DNA from: Paraspadella gotoi
Lineage: Eukaryota > Animalia > Chaetognatha
DNA length: 64,000 nucleotides
Direction: 5' to 3'
Assembly: GCA_051294375.1 (NCBI GenBank)
Contig: CM119263.1
Coordinates: forward strand, 10,373,515 to 10,437,514
Position numbers and translations under genes: made by a program. The notes under the pieces were generated by a model. The model worked only from the letters and a program-made list of their open reading frames with translations. It was not told the DNA's origin and ran no database searches. Shown piece after piece: positions 1 to 17,026 of this stretch. Numbering within the stretch: the first letter of the stretch is position 1; each line of letters opens with the position of its first letter.

Positions 1-513
1 AAAATAAGAATAGAATTAACAGGTTAAAACGGCGCAGTTTCCACTTTTATCTCCATTCTTTCGATCACCCTGTAAAATTCCATCTCAATTCCGAATTCGC
101 GCCCCCTTTCGGAAATTCGGCTTCCCTCCGCCAATCAAGCCGGTTCTCGCGTAGAACCAAGATTCAAATACACGAGTAACGAGAATATCGAGAGAGGAGG
201 AAGAGAGAGAGAGAGAGAGAGAGAAGAGAGAAAAAAAAAATTACGAAATCAAATGTCTCATTTCGTTCTCCCTTCGTTTCTCCTTTCTTTGGATTCCCCC
301 TTAATATTTTAACCTTCTTTTCCTTTTCTGAGATTTCCCTCACTCCTTTTACTATATATTCTCCCCCGTATCTATCATCCCTTCCATTTTCTCATTTTCA
401 TTTCTCCCCATTTCCTTTCTTTTTTCCGATCCAATTTCTTCCTTTCCTACTTTTTCACCACCGTAATTTTCTCGACGCACAGACTCTAAATAAATAATCG
501 CAATATAGAGAAA

Positions 514-567
<54 letters not shown>

Positions 568-2830
568 CTTCTCTCTCTCCTTTAACCGAATCAGGGTCAT
601 TATGTCCCTCCTTACCCGTGGGAGAGTAAGTCACTGAAATGAAGTCCTGGAACATTCTTGAATTGGCGGAACCAATCTTATTATCAGGGCTTCCCGCCCG
701 AGTCAAGGTGAGGACGAGATTTCACGAGGAAAGTTTAGTTGGCTTTCATCACAACGACGCTTTTTCCAGCAATAAAAAAATTCTAAAAAAATCTCTACAG
801 GGCCCTAGGAGTGGAGTTTTTTTCCTTAATACGCATAATATGGCTTAAAATTTTGTATCTCAGATTCGTCGAAGGTGGGTGAACTATATCGTCTCGTGGG
901 CAACCTCGGCACACCTAACTTACCTTAACTTCCCCCCCTGCCCGTCCCTCGACGGGGCTGCCCCGCTTCGCACCGCTCGCTCGCCTTATATCCTTCGTAA
1001 TGGCGATCATTTCGCCCGGGGAACGAGGCCGCGCGCGACCTTTCCTCTTATTTATAGAACAGAAATAAAGAAAGAGGCAGATAGAGAAGAGAGAGATTTA
1101 GAAAAGAAACGATTTTTTTTTTCGGGAAAAAAAATAAGTTTCCTCAAATCGCATTTCTATCACGGGATATGATTCGTTTTGCAGATTTCGTTTTGATTAA
1201 TTTGAAAGAGGGACGAAACATCCAGTTACTGACATGTATTTGTATTTATTAGTTCGTATCTAGATGATTTAAAGTTTTAAAGAGGTAAAGTGGTTAAATA
1301 TTTTAAAGCTTTGTCGTCTTGGAGCCACAGTGAAATTAAAATCACGATCCGAACTTTTTTCGATTCTCGTCATCATCGACCGCGCCCTCCACTTCTCTGA
1401 TTCATCAAGTACTTCCGCCTCTTGTCATCAACACCCCCCTCTCTCCGCCGAGCCGATCCCCTGTTTTCATCGAACCATCGCGATCGCCATCCCGCCGTCC
1501 TCATTTCCGTTTTCGTTTAATTAAAGAAGAGACGGGACGACGCGACTCCGAATGAAAGACGTCCAAGGAAATAACGTTATTTAGGCAAATATAGTATTTT
1601 AATGTTTACTAATGCTTGAAATATTTATTGATAGGAATGTGAGCCTTAAAACTCTTAAAGGTCTCAAAAAATGATTTTAAATTCGATTTTTTGTTAAACA
1701 GATTAAACAACAGACTGTAAAGTTATCAGACTTGAGCGACAAAGATATTCGCTTTTTTCTGACCGGGACGTCGCTGTCTTTATTTTCATTAACGCATTCT
1801 CCGAGTGTCCGCCACGCCATTAACACCTTTTCAGAGCATCTGTCATCGTTTGTCCAAAATTCAAAACAATAAATTCTCAATGATATAAGACGACGGTTAG
1901 TTTAAAAATCATGGCATTGAAGCGGAGACAAAATTTACTCGAAGATTGTTGTACGAGGAAAGGGCAAATAAATAAACTAAACATTCTGACAAGAAAATTA
2001 ACAAAATTTTTTTTTGTTTTCTTTTAAAAGGATGAGCAAATATCAGACATCAATTTTTTAGTCTCAGTCTTAGTCAAGAAGAATGACGGAAAAGAAAGGA
2101 AAAAAAAAGGTTAATTCAAGAAATGGGTCAGGAAATGAATAATATTTCGATTTCATTCTATTCTTAATCTTATTCGATGACTCCTTTCCCCATCTCATTC
2201 CATTTCATCCACCAGAAGCAGTCATTCCATCCGACATCATGTCGTGCGCCTCGACCTCGGCCAAAGCGATTTAACATTCGATTACACCGAATAACTTTTC
2301 TTTCCGCTTTGACGGGATGATATCTGTACCCTACGAATAAAACGTTCCCCACGCACAGTTTTTAGAAAGAACTACCGGTTTAAACTCGTGTTCAAACGAC
2401 TTTTGGCATGAAAATCTTGGAAAGAGTAATCACGGCAAATGAAATTTAGTTCCAGATTTATATTAAAAGGGATCTTCAGACTTTTTGAATAAACAACCGC
2501 AACTCGGTATTTTAACTACTAAGTCTTTTTTTAAAACTTTTTTTATTTGCATCTTTCTCTCATCTTTTCTTTTCTGTACTCTTCTTTCAGGGCCTCAAAT
2601 GATGGTCCCGACCTGTATTTTTTTTTCCCTTTTACCAGCAGAAATTATGAAAGGTACCATTGCACCTCAATGTTCAGTTGGAATAGTAATGTTGATGAAA
2701 GGTGCAAGCATTGTTATCTATGTCCCTGGAAAGAGAAATCTCTCTCTCTCTCTCGTTCAATTTGTAAATATACAATTATACATCTCTCTCTCTCTCTCTC
2801 TCTCCTTTCTCTCTCTCTCTCTATCTCTTC

Positions 2831-2880
<50 letters not shown>

Positions 2881-3865
2881 AATTAATCAGTGGTTGACTG
2901 GTTCGTATAGAATCTATTGATTTTTTTGCCTCGCTATATTAACAAAAGAAGTTGGAAATTTCTTTAAAAAAATGAGTGAATCATTAAAACAAAAAGACAA
3001 ATGAAAAGGAACAAGCTAAAGAATTCTTGTTTTCCTTTTTTTTCCCTTTTTAAATAGGGAATTTCTTCTTTGTTTTCGGGTTCGTCTTTGTTTTTAAAGA
3101 GACTTTGGAAGAAAAATTGTCGGAATCATTCATTTTCCCAGCTGAACAAACTTTAGTGGAGAAAGATGGAGGGAGCGGTGGGCTGTCGAATGGAGGGGGG
3201 GTGGCAGGGGGCGCGTCGGTGGTACAAAATCAGAGAAACGCGAGAAGAAAAAAAAGTGAAGAAATGAAAAGAGAGATTAACGAATAAAAACAAATGAACC
3301 CGAGAGAAAACAAAGGGGAAAATCCGCGATCGTCGCCTGACAGATCGTGGAATCTAAGTACGTCGAGAGCCCGAAATTTAAGATTCTAAACGTGCACACT
3401 ACTCACTGCCGTCTCATATCTCTCTTTCATACTATTGAAGAATATATCACACTGACCGAACGCCAGTTTTCGAACGCTTCAAAAGGGCGTCTTTGGAATT
3501 ATAATCTTGGAAAATGCAAATAGTTTTTTTTTTCAAAAAAAGAGGGATCATCGATTTACTTATTTTTATTTGAAATGAAAAGAAAAACTACGTAGTACAA
3601 AGCTTAGAGTAACTGTGTCGAGTGGCGATCCTACTTAAAATCTCCTCAGTCGCAAAGGAAACAAGGCAGACTAAAACGATATCAATTGAAAACAAAGCCA
3701 TCACAAAGTTGTTTCCTGGAAATTGGCCTTGAAAATCGTCGCTCGATCTTATTTTGTCTTCTTCATTTTCCTTTTTTTTTTTCTTCAAGTCCATTATTTT
3801 CTCTTCAAGGTCGAAAACGCTATATTTTTTCTCGTAATACTTTTCGAATCGATCGCGTCTCACTG
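1..3865 (+). repeat. Direct segmental duplication, copy 1 (probably starts upstream of the window)
   Basis: Position 1 (aaaataagaatagaattaacagg) recurs at 5189 and stays colinear to gatcgcgtctcactg (3865 vs 9036). Differences are mostly 1-bp indels and microsatellite length. Confidence 0.95.
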
Positions 3866-4414
3866 GCGGCGCAATGTTTTGTGTGGAGACTCGTCGTTGG
3901 CGGAAAGAGGTGTAAACACTAAACAAGGTATATTCGAATGTCGATCTCAATTGACTCGCAACGCAAATACTCTGAGCTCAAGCTACATCGTATGTTCCAT
4001 TCGTCTTCATCATTTACATTATTCAAAAGTCAGACGATGCACCGAAGTTATGTCGCGTGGGAAGAAAACTTCGCTCAAAACTTGAAAAGAAAAAAAAAAA
4101 TAGGAAAAAGTTTAAAAACTCTAAAACATTAATATTTTACTGTCTTGACATTTCGCGAATTCAATCAATCAAAAACCTTCAAACTTTTTTTTTTTAGAGA
4201 GAGGAAAGAGAAAGGAAAAAGAAGAAAAAAATCAAAGGAAGAAAGAAAATATAAAAGAAAAGAAAAGTGAAGAGGAAGAGAGGAAGTTGAAAATATGAAC
4301 TTTATTCGCGATGACGGTAAAGTTTGCTCGGCCGCTGAACCGCGAGTCTCGGGGTGGGGAAGGAAGGGAAGAATCTCAGTTAACATGTGCAAATAACCAA
4401 AAGAATAAAAATGG

Positions 4415-4468
<54 letters not shown>

Positions 4469-5188
4469 CACATTGTCTTTAAAGGTGATAGCAGAGCAGT
4501 TTCGAACGTCAATAAATCTAATTGGATTTTCTTATATTTTTGACAGTCTCGTAATTTTTAATTATTTCCAATTCAGCTTTTCCAGCACTGATCTTTCTGC
4601 TGCTTTGAGAATGACCAAAGCTATTTTTTTGTCACTGAATGTAGTACGTAGACTGGTTCTTTCATATGGATTTTCAACGTATTTACAAAAAGTTAAGTAG
4701 ATTCTTATAGTAAATTTAATTTAGTTTTTTTTTTTTTTTGGTTTCGCACTGTCTAAAACGGATTAACAAAAAAAGTCGAAACGAAATTAAAACAAAACAA
4801 CGACAACAAAAAAGTCAAAAGTGAAGGGCGAAGCTTAAGCGCGAAAACAATGTTTGAAATAAAAAGAGAAAAAAAATAGAATAAAACGGAAGGAAAAAGA
4901 AGGAAAGAGTCAAAAAGTCAGAGGCCAACAAAACTCATTTATATGCAAAAGTTCTCAAGATCCTATGGCATCCCGGTTCGACCCACACCCTTCGTTCCCC
5001 GACCCAATGGATCGAACAATCGCCTCCTTCCCTTCTAAACCGATTTAGTGTAATGTGACCCTCGACTTCGCCTCCTTTTCTTTCTTATCTTTTTTTTTAA
5101 TTTCCCCTTCTTTTCTTATCCCTTTTCCTCCTCCAGTTCCGTCCACGATCCAAATTGCTTATAATAAAAATATTTATACATACATCCG

Positions 5189-9036
<3,848 letters not shown>

Positions 9037-9220
9037 GCGCATGCGCGGTTTTCTCTCGTGAGGGTGACTTTTCCAGTTGTTTTTTTTCATCTTTTATCTC
9101 CTACTTGTTCCATAATTTATGTTCTCTTTTCTATTCCCCGCAAATTCGAGCTCCGTTTCAAGTGTCCCTGCGATGTTGATTTGGTAAATGTTTTTTTTAT
9201 TTCAGAATATTTCTAAGATG

Positions 9221-9262
9221 TTTTCTATTTTTATATTTTATGAAGGATTTAGTATTTAATCT
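9221..9262 (+). repeat. 42-bp dispersed repeat, identical to 43942-43983
   Basis: ttttctatttttatattttatgaaggatttagtatttaatct occurs at both positions in the same orientation. Confidence 0.85.
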
Positions 9263-10675
9263 TATTATTTAATCAAATACATATTGCTTTCTTTCTTAAA
9301 AATGTTTTATTTATCTAATAATTTGGGAAGGGGAAGTCAGTGTTGTCTTCTGGAAATAGAGGGAGCATCTATACAACACAAGGTTAGATTACTATCTGTC
9401 CTAGTTTTCTAATAGATATCACACATCATTTCTGTTAGAAAGTCATTAATGAAAAATCATAATATCTAAGAGGCTGAACAGAAAGGGGTGGGAATGGATA
9501 ATTTTTTGAGGGGGGACCAAAGTTATATGTGATTTTTTTTACCAATAGGGATAAGACTACCATGTAGAATTGTATGTTCTGATAGGGATACATACTGGGG
9601 AAAGGTCTATAGGGGCACCTTTATGTCATGAATATAATTTTAAAATTATATTTTTTCTTTATTCTACTTAATTATTTCTTTTTTGAATATTTTTTATCTT
9701 TTATTTTTATACAATGGGAAGGTCATCAGTTGGGAACCTATACCCTTCATGGATTTCGGCTCTTTAATCCCAATATCCTCTTATATTCGTGGTTTGGGTT
9801 AAAAACCTATAGTTTTTCTATTCCGAAATATTTATCCAGCAATTTTTTTTAACGCAAAATAATAATTTACCCGGGAAAGGCTATTGCTATTTAATTGTAA
9901 TTAGTTCCCAAAAAAACTGTTTTAAACAGTGAAAAATTATGAAAAAAATACGAAACAAGTAATTTTGCAACTTTCATAAAGACTCAAACAAAGAAATGAA
10001 AAACAAAAATAAGACAATAAACGAGAGAATAAATAAAAAAACTATTTTAAACAAATAAACAAATAAAATAAAGAAAATGAATCGAATCAATAAATAAACT
10101 AAACCAATCCAAGAAAGTAACACAGCAATAAAAAGAAAAAGAAACAAGGAAGGAAATAGAAAGAGAAAATAGTGGTTTTGCAATAAAACGTGAGTCAAAG
10201 AATCGCGACGTAATTTCGGCCGATTACCTCTTTTTCCCTTTTGTTTCCCTCGACGCCCAATGAACAAAAAAATGGGCCGACGAGGCCGTCATTGCAATTG
10301 TTGTTATTTCAGTTGTTGTCGTCGTCGTCGTCGTTGTGGTTTTCGTTGATGTCGTTTTTATTTCGCTACAAAGAATGGTTGTTTACTCATTCGTTTAAAA
10401 CATCAAATAAACTACACTAAAAAAACTTTAACCAACGAATCCCAAATCTCAAGATGAAAGGAAAAAAAGGGAGAAAAAAAAGGGGGAACGAAAAGGGAAA
10501 GAAAATGAGGTAGTATGAAAAAAGTGAGGAAAGAAAGGAGGAAGTATGAAAAAAGTAAGAAAAGAAAGGAGGAAGTAGGAAAAAGGAAAATGGAGAAAAG
10601 CGACATAGAAGAAGATGCAAAGGAAAACTGGAGATAGGAGAAAGAAATGAAAGGACGGAAGGGGAGGAAAGGAAA

Positions 10676-10884
10676 GGAAAGGGAGACGGATGGGAAAAGG
10701 AATAAAAAGGAAAGGGAGATAGAAAGGAAAAGAGATAAAAAGGAAAAGGAAATAGGAAGGAAAAGAGATAAAAAGGAAAAGGAGATATAAAGGAAAAGGG
10801 ATAAAAAGGAAAGGGAGATAGAAAGAAAAAAGGATAAAAAGGAAAGGGAGAGAGAAAGGAAAAGGGATAAAAAGGAAAGGGAGA
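10676..10884 (+). repeat. 33-bp purine-rich minisatellite, ~6 copies
   Basis: ATAAAAAGG anchors at 10702, 10735, 10768, 10801, 10834 and 10867 (period 33); unit approx. ataaaaaggaaagggagatagaaaggaaaagrg. Confidence 0.9.
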
Positions 10885-11517
10885 ATCGGAACAAAGCTTT
10901 TGTTTTCCGTCGTTTGATTGAGTTTCGACTCTTAAGGGGAAATCAATTCCGCGGCTCGTGGCCGCCGATCCACGCGGCTTCGTTGACGGGGCGGAATAAG
11001 GGGCGAAACGTGGAAAGGGATGGGTGGGTGAGGAAGAGAGAGGGTGGGTTGGGTTAAAGGGAGGAGGAGCAGAGGAGCCATTGCCGAAATGAGTTGAGTG
11101 AAGCAAAGCTCGAGAATTCCTCGGTTTTATTTCGATGAATCGAATTGAAAGAAAATTGAGGAGGTAGAAAAGGACGGAGGAAAAAACGCCGACAACAACG
11201 ACGCCAACGACAACAACGACAGCGACGACGACGACTTCAGCTACAAACAAACTCCTCGGAGACGTTAAACGGTTTCGTAATCTTCGTTCGATGAACGAAA
11301 CTCCTCCTCGTTCGGTTGGAAGAGAATGAAAGGTTCGGGTGGAATAAAAACGGAAAGGTAAAGAAGCTAAAGTAGAAAAAGAGAAAGAAAAAGTCAAAAG
11401 AACCAAAACAGACTGAATAATATAAAGAAGATAGAAAGAAAGAAAGAAAGAGAGAAGGGGAGTTAAAGTCGCAACTCAATTGAATTGCGATGAGAGTTAG
11501 AAAAAAACACGAAATTC

Positions 11518-11518
11518 A

Positions 11519-11600
<82 letters not shown>
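11518..11600. repeat. (GTC)n microsatellite
   Basis: Perfect gtc run of ~27 units. Confidence 0.95.
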
Positions 11601-11601
<1 letters not shown>

Positions 11602-12158
11602 TGCAGCTGCGGCTCGGGAAGTTTAGTGGCGAAGGGGAAGCTTCTATAGCACGACAGCACGCCCTCGGTCTTTATCTTTAGCCCTTGCGTACCCCATTCG
11701 CCTGTATGCCCTTCTCCACCGCGCTTGACTATACGTAATATGTAATCCACGAAACTCCGCCAAAAAAATACAATAAGTAAAATGTCGATACCATAAATAT
11801 GAAATGAATGAATGAATTTACATCTTTTGAATGAAAAAATAACCTCAATCACCTATAAAGTTTTTCTTCAGTTCGAGGTTTATCATTCTCTTTAACGAGA
11901 GCCGCCATTCGACGCCGCGATTCACACATCATCAACACAACATAACCCACCTCATGATGAGGCCAATTGTCGAGAGTCTTTTCCCGGAAATGGAAACGGT
12001 TACAGTTGTCACGTCGCTTTTACGATGGAGCGGCTGCAGCGGCGGCTGGTAGTCTAGAGCTGCGGCGATGCGCCGGCAGCGCGGGAGCGCGGGAGCGCGG
12101 GAGCAGATTCAAAGTCGGAACCGGGATCGCGTTAAACGCCACTTTATTTTTTGGGAAA

Positions 12159-12203
<45 letters not shown>

Positions 12204-15200
12204 AAGAGAGAGAGAGAAGAGAGAGAAAGAGAGAGAGAGAGAGGAGAGAAGGTGGAGTTGTCAGTTGGAGTAAGAGACCGGGAGTTTTAATTATTTTATT
12301 TTAAAATTACAATGTAAAAATGTTTAACAGTTTTACATTCAGGTTCTCTTTTGCAAAGTGTTGGGACATGAGAGAGATTTACCTTTTAGAAAAGAGAAGA
12401 AAAGAGAAAATAGATAGATAGTATCGGAAGAGTGGAGTCGAAAGATTTGGTAAATATATGTCTGGAAATCGAGGTAAAACTTTTACTAAAAGGGATTAAA
12501 GAACAAGGGTACAGAGGGCAGAAGAGGAGAAAGGCTAAAAGTAGATAGGACAAAAAAAGGATTTACGGCAAAAGGGAAAAAATTTAAGAAAGAAAATCGG
12601 TCAACTTAGACTGAAACTTTACGTTGAGAGAAAGAAAGGAGAAGAAAGTGGAGAAGAGGAGTAAAAAAGAGGAGGAAAAGAAAGACTAGGAAAAGACTAG
12701 AAAACAAAAATGAAATCTAAGAGAGAAAATAAGGAATTAAAGGAAGAAAAAAGAAAAGAGAATTGAAAGAGAGGAAAGGGGAGAGACCCGTTGAGGTCGT
12801 GAGGGTCTCTAAAATCCCTTCAGTCCCACACTCAACGCAGCTGGAACCACAAACTTTTCACTTGGAGAAAAAAAAAACAAAGAAAAAGGAAGAAATAAAT
12901 AAGAAAAATATAAAAAAAAAGGAAAAAAATCCAAAAGAAAAAAAGGCCCTCGTTGACAAAAATGACACGATAGAGGGTTTGACCGTATTATTCAATTATC
13001 AATGGCCATCCATTTATTTTGTTTTTTGTTTCCAAGAAAGATGTATTCTCTCATAAAGCCTTAAAGTCTGAAGATTTTAAGATCGCTAAAAAGCAAATGC
13101 CACTCACTTAATAGAACTCTGTCTCTCTTTCTCTCTCTCTCTTTCTCTCTCTCNNNNNNNNNNNNNNNNNNNNNNNNNNNNNNNNNNNNNNNNNNNNNNN
13201 NNNNNNNNNNNNNNNNNNNNNNNNNNNNNNNNNNNNNNNNNNNNNNNNNNNNNNNNNNNNNNNNNNNNNNNNNNNNNNNCTCTCTCTCTCTCTTCGGTCC
13301 GGGGAAAAAAGTCAGAATGTCAAACCGAGACTCGGAAGGGAAATCCAATAAAATCGTAGTTTCTTGCCGCTCGCGTCGCTCGCCTCGCTGGCAGAAGAAT
13401 CAAATAAAAGAACAACGTCTCTAAAATCCGCGCCCTGCGAGACTATAAAGAGAGTATGAGAGAAAAAAAGACATAGAGATCCACATGCTTCCTCCTGACC
13501 ACTTACATCTACCATACTCAGATTTTCTCAGCATAAATATGCAGATATTCAATGACATAACATGACTATATCATTAAAATCATGAGACAAACTTTATCGA
13601 TATCTATGTAGCGAATTGCTTATAAGTCGTCATAATGACCTTTTGACCTTTTGTTAGTTTTAATTCGCCACCTCGTGATTTTCTCTCTTCAATTGTTTTA
13701 CAGTTTGGCTGAACAGAATTGCCTAAACTTCCCTCTGTTCAATTTCTTCTCGTTAACGTGTTATTTTTTAAAAGTAAATAATACTTTTTTCTACAAAAAT
13801 TCGTTTCCTTTGCTTCACCTACCAAAAATTTGGTTTAGTAAAAACAAAATTGCGCATTCAATTCAAACCAGGTCGTGCTGTATAAACGTTTACCCAAAAG
13901 AAAATAATCTAGACTCTGAGGAAAAGGGAGAGACCGGCTTATGGGGCTTGCTGTCAGAAAACCTTTTTTTTGGGGTGAAAATGTTATAAAAACTTATTTT
14001 GGGACTTTTTTAAAAAAAATTGGGATGCGCTTCTGGGTAAAAAATTGGAAAAAAGAATCTGAGCCGCTTCAGGGAAAAATGTTTGCATTGAAAAGGCTGT
14101 ATCAGTTTTAGCAAAGGGAAGATATTTCTTTGATGAATGGAGAAGGGAGGTCATGATGAATAGCAGGCGGAGAGAGAGANNNNNNNNNNNNNNNNNNNNN
14201 NNNNNNNNNNNNNNNNNNNNNNNNNNNNNNNNNNNNNNNNNNNNNNNNNNNNNNNNNNNNNNNNNNNNNNNNNNNNNNNNNNNNNNNNNNNNNNNNNNNN
14301 NNNNNNNNNNNNNNNNNNNNNNNNNNNNNNNNNNNNNNNNNNNNNNNNNNNNNNNNNNNNNNNNNNNNNNNNNNNNNNNNNNNNNNNNNNNNNNNNNNNN
14401 NNNNNNNNNNNNNNNNNNNNNNNNNNNNNNNNNNNNNNNAGAGAGAGAGGTAGTAAAGAAAAGAAAGCAAGACAGACAGTTAAACGGACTTTGTCGAGTG
14501 CTGAGCCTTGTTTACCATAGAAACTAAAAACCACTGGAGGCGTTTTTACTTCTCAATGAAAACGGGGAATCTTTCTTTTTTGTTTGGCTATAAACCCATT
14601 CAAAAAATGANNNNNNNNNNNNNNNNNNNNNNNNNNNNNNNNNNNNNNNNNNNNNNNNNNNNNNNNNNNNNNNNNNNNNNNNNNNNNNNNNNNNNNNNNN
14701 NNNNNNNNNNNNNNNNNNNNNNNNNNNNNNNNNNNNNNNNNNNNNNNNNNNNNNNNNNNNNNNNNNNNNNNNNNNNNNNNNNNNNNNNNNNNNNNNNNNN
14801 NNNNNNNNNNNNNNNNNNNNNNNNNNNNNNNNNNNNNNNNNNNNNNNNNNNNNNNNNNNNNNNNNNNNNNNNNNNNNTTTTTTTCTTGTTACAACTAATT
14901 TGTTTTCAATTAATACTTTCATTAAAGGCCAGAAAATTATTTATTTTCTTTTTTCAATTCTTTTGGTCTGACTGGGGACTTAGGAATTTTTTTTTTTAAA
15001 TTCGAAATTTTAAAAGAAAACACGTTTCTGGATTAAAAATCAAGATTCGTTGTGAAAAATGCAAGAGGAAAAAAAAAGAGAGGGAGTGAGAAAGAGAACG
15101 AGAGGTNNNNNNNNNNNNNNNNNNNNNNNNNNNNNNNNNNNNNNNNNNNNNNNNNNNNNNNNNNNNNNNNNNNNNNNNNNNNNNNNNNNNNNNNNNNNNN

Positions 15201-15704
15201 NNNNNNNNNNNNNNNNNNNNNNNNNNNNNNNNNNNNNNNNNNNNNNNNNNNNNNNNNNNNNNNNNNNNNNNNNNNNNNNNNNNNNNNNNNNNNNNNNNNN
15301 NNNNNNNNNNNNNNNNNNNNNNNNNNNNNNNNNNNNNNNNNNNNNNNNNNNNAACTTTTGTAGCAGATTCACGAGCATCGAGATTTTTTTTCCGCGAAAT
15401 TCAACTCGAAAAGCGAATTAGTCTTTTTTTTTATGCAATTTTGTTTTTTAATTGTATTAGCTTTTATTGATTTTAATGATTTGCGAGAATTTTCTGGAAA
15501 TGCAGTAATGACTGTATAAAATTTAAATATCTCAATTTATTGTTAGGTAAATTAGCTATGAGTAAATAATTTTAAGCATTTTTATCTATTCGTTTCTATT
15601 TACTATACATTCCCTCTGACATCTGCGTACTGAATAATGGAGTTTAGTATTGTATTCCATTAACATTTCAGCGTTTCACTTGACTCCAGGAGCGTTTCCT
15701 TTTT

Positions 15705-15825
15705 TAACCTGCGTCACAGGATTTTAAGCTGCGTCACAAGATTTCGACTCGCGTCACAATATTTCAGCTCGTGTGAAAATAATTAACCCCGCGACCTGCG
15801 TCAAAAAATCAAATCAGCGTCACAA
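15705..15825 (+). repeat. Degenerate 20-bp tandem repeat with GCGTCACA core
   Basis: gcgtcaca at 15711, 15731 and 15751 (period 20), with further cores at ~15798 and ~15817; mirrored at ~29030-29150. Confidence 0.7.
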
Positions 15826-16994
15826 GTTTTCATCGTGCGCATTTGAAGGCGTCTGTTACTCTTTGTCTCCAGAGGCTAAATTCTTCCATCGAGCGCTACC
15901 TTCTCTCTCACCTCGCCTTTCCCTATCCTCTCTTTCCCCCCAAATCTCTCTCACCCTAACTTACTTTTTCAATTCTCTGAATTCTCTGTATTTTCGTTGC
16001 TCACTTTATCTCTTAACAGTATAAATAGTATCAATAGTATTAATAATATAAATAATACCCCCCACAACGGATCAACGTATTCCCTTCCCTGTTTTTACCC
16101 TCCATGTCTCCATGTCTCCCATGCCAACGACTGTCATTTCATTCCTCTTCCTCCCCGCCAATCGCGCGTCAATCTTCGCCTCGTCCCAGATTTCGGGGCG
16201 TGGTCGTCGCGACGTCAATGGCGCCGCAAACACGTTACCTGATGACAACGGCGATGATGACGACGCCACGGTGACGAGGACGCGGGGATGACAGGATAAC
16301 GACGACGGCGTGGGGGGGGGGTTAGGAACGGAGGCCGCGACGTCCTCGGAAAGGGCTCGTCCGGGATAAGATGGAATTGGGGGTAGAAAGAGAGGAATCA
16401 CAAAGAGAGAAAAAGAAAAACGTGAGAATGGAATATCTAGTAGCGGTTTACTTTCATAACGAATAAAAATTTCAGCTTAAAAAATATGTATATACATTCG
16501 TTGCGGCTTTACAGCTGATATGACGTAATATGTCAGTGTGAGTGAGTTAGCGAGTGAGTAAACACGAGGAAGANNNNNNNNNNNNNNNNNNNNNNNNNNN
16601 NNNNNNNNNNNNNNNNNNNNNNNNNNNNNNNNNNNNNNNNNNNNNNNNNNNNNNNNNNNNNNNNNNNNNNNNNNNNNNNNNNNNNNNNNNNNNNNNNNNN
16701 NNNNNNNNNNNNNNNNNNNNNNNNNNNNNNNNNNNNNNNNNNNNNNNNNNNNNNNNNNNNNNNNNNNNNNNNNNNNNNNNNNNNNNNNNNNNNNNNNNNN
16801 NNNNNNNNNNNNNNNNNNNNNNNNNNNNNNNNNNNNNNNNNNNNNNNNNNNNNNNNNNNNNNNNNNNNNNNNNNNNNNNNNNNNNNNNNNNNNNNNNNNN
16901 NNNNNNNNNNNNNNNNNNNNNNNNNNNNNNNNNNNNNNNNNNNNNNNNNNNNNNNNNNNNNNNNNNNNNNNNNNNNNNNNNNNNNNNNNNNNNN

Positions 16995-17026
<32 letters not shown>

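Noticed and set aside
595-707. Exon-like segment (CAG acceptor at 594, donors at 626 or 708; duplicated at ~5759-5871)
   Set aside because: The long form has stops in all three frames, the 31-nt form is uninformative, and CT tracts generate such acceptors by chance.
2657-2712. Hairpin ttgcacct...aggtgcaa with a miR-92/25-like CATTGCAC seed
   Set aside because: Only an 8-bp stem plus a bulged, GU-rich extension. The seed would be on the 5' arm and the remainder does not match the miR-92 family.
10417-11406. 329-aa minus-strand ORF with FPFYPFSFLSP repeats
   Set aside because: It is open only because the purine-rich 33-bp minisatellite and GAC tracts lack stops on that strand; non-ATG start and no domain.
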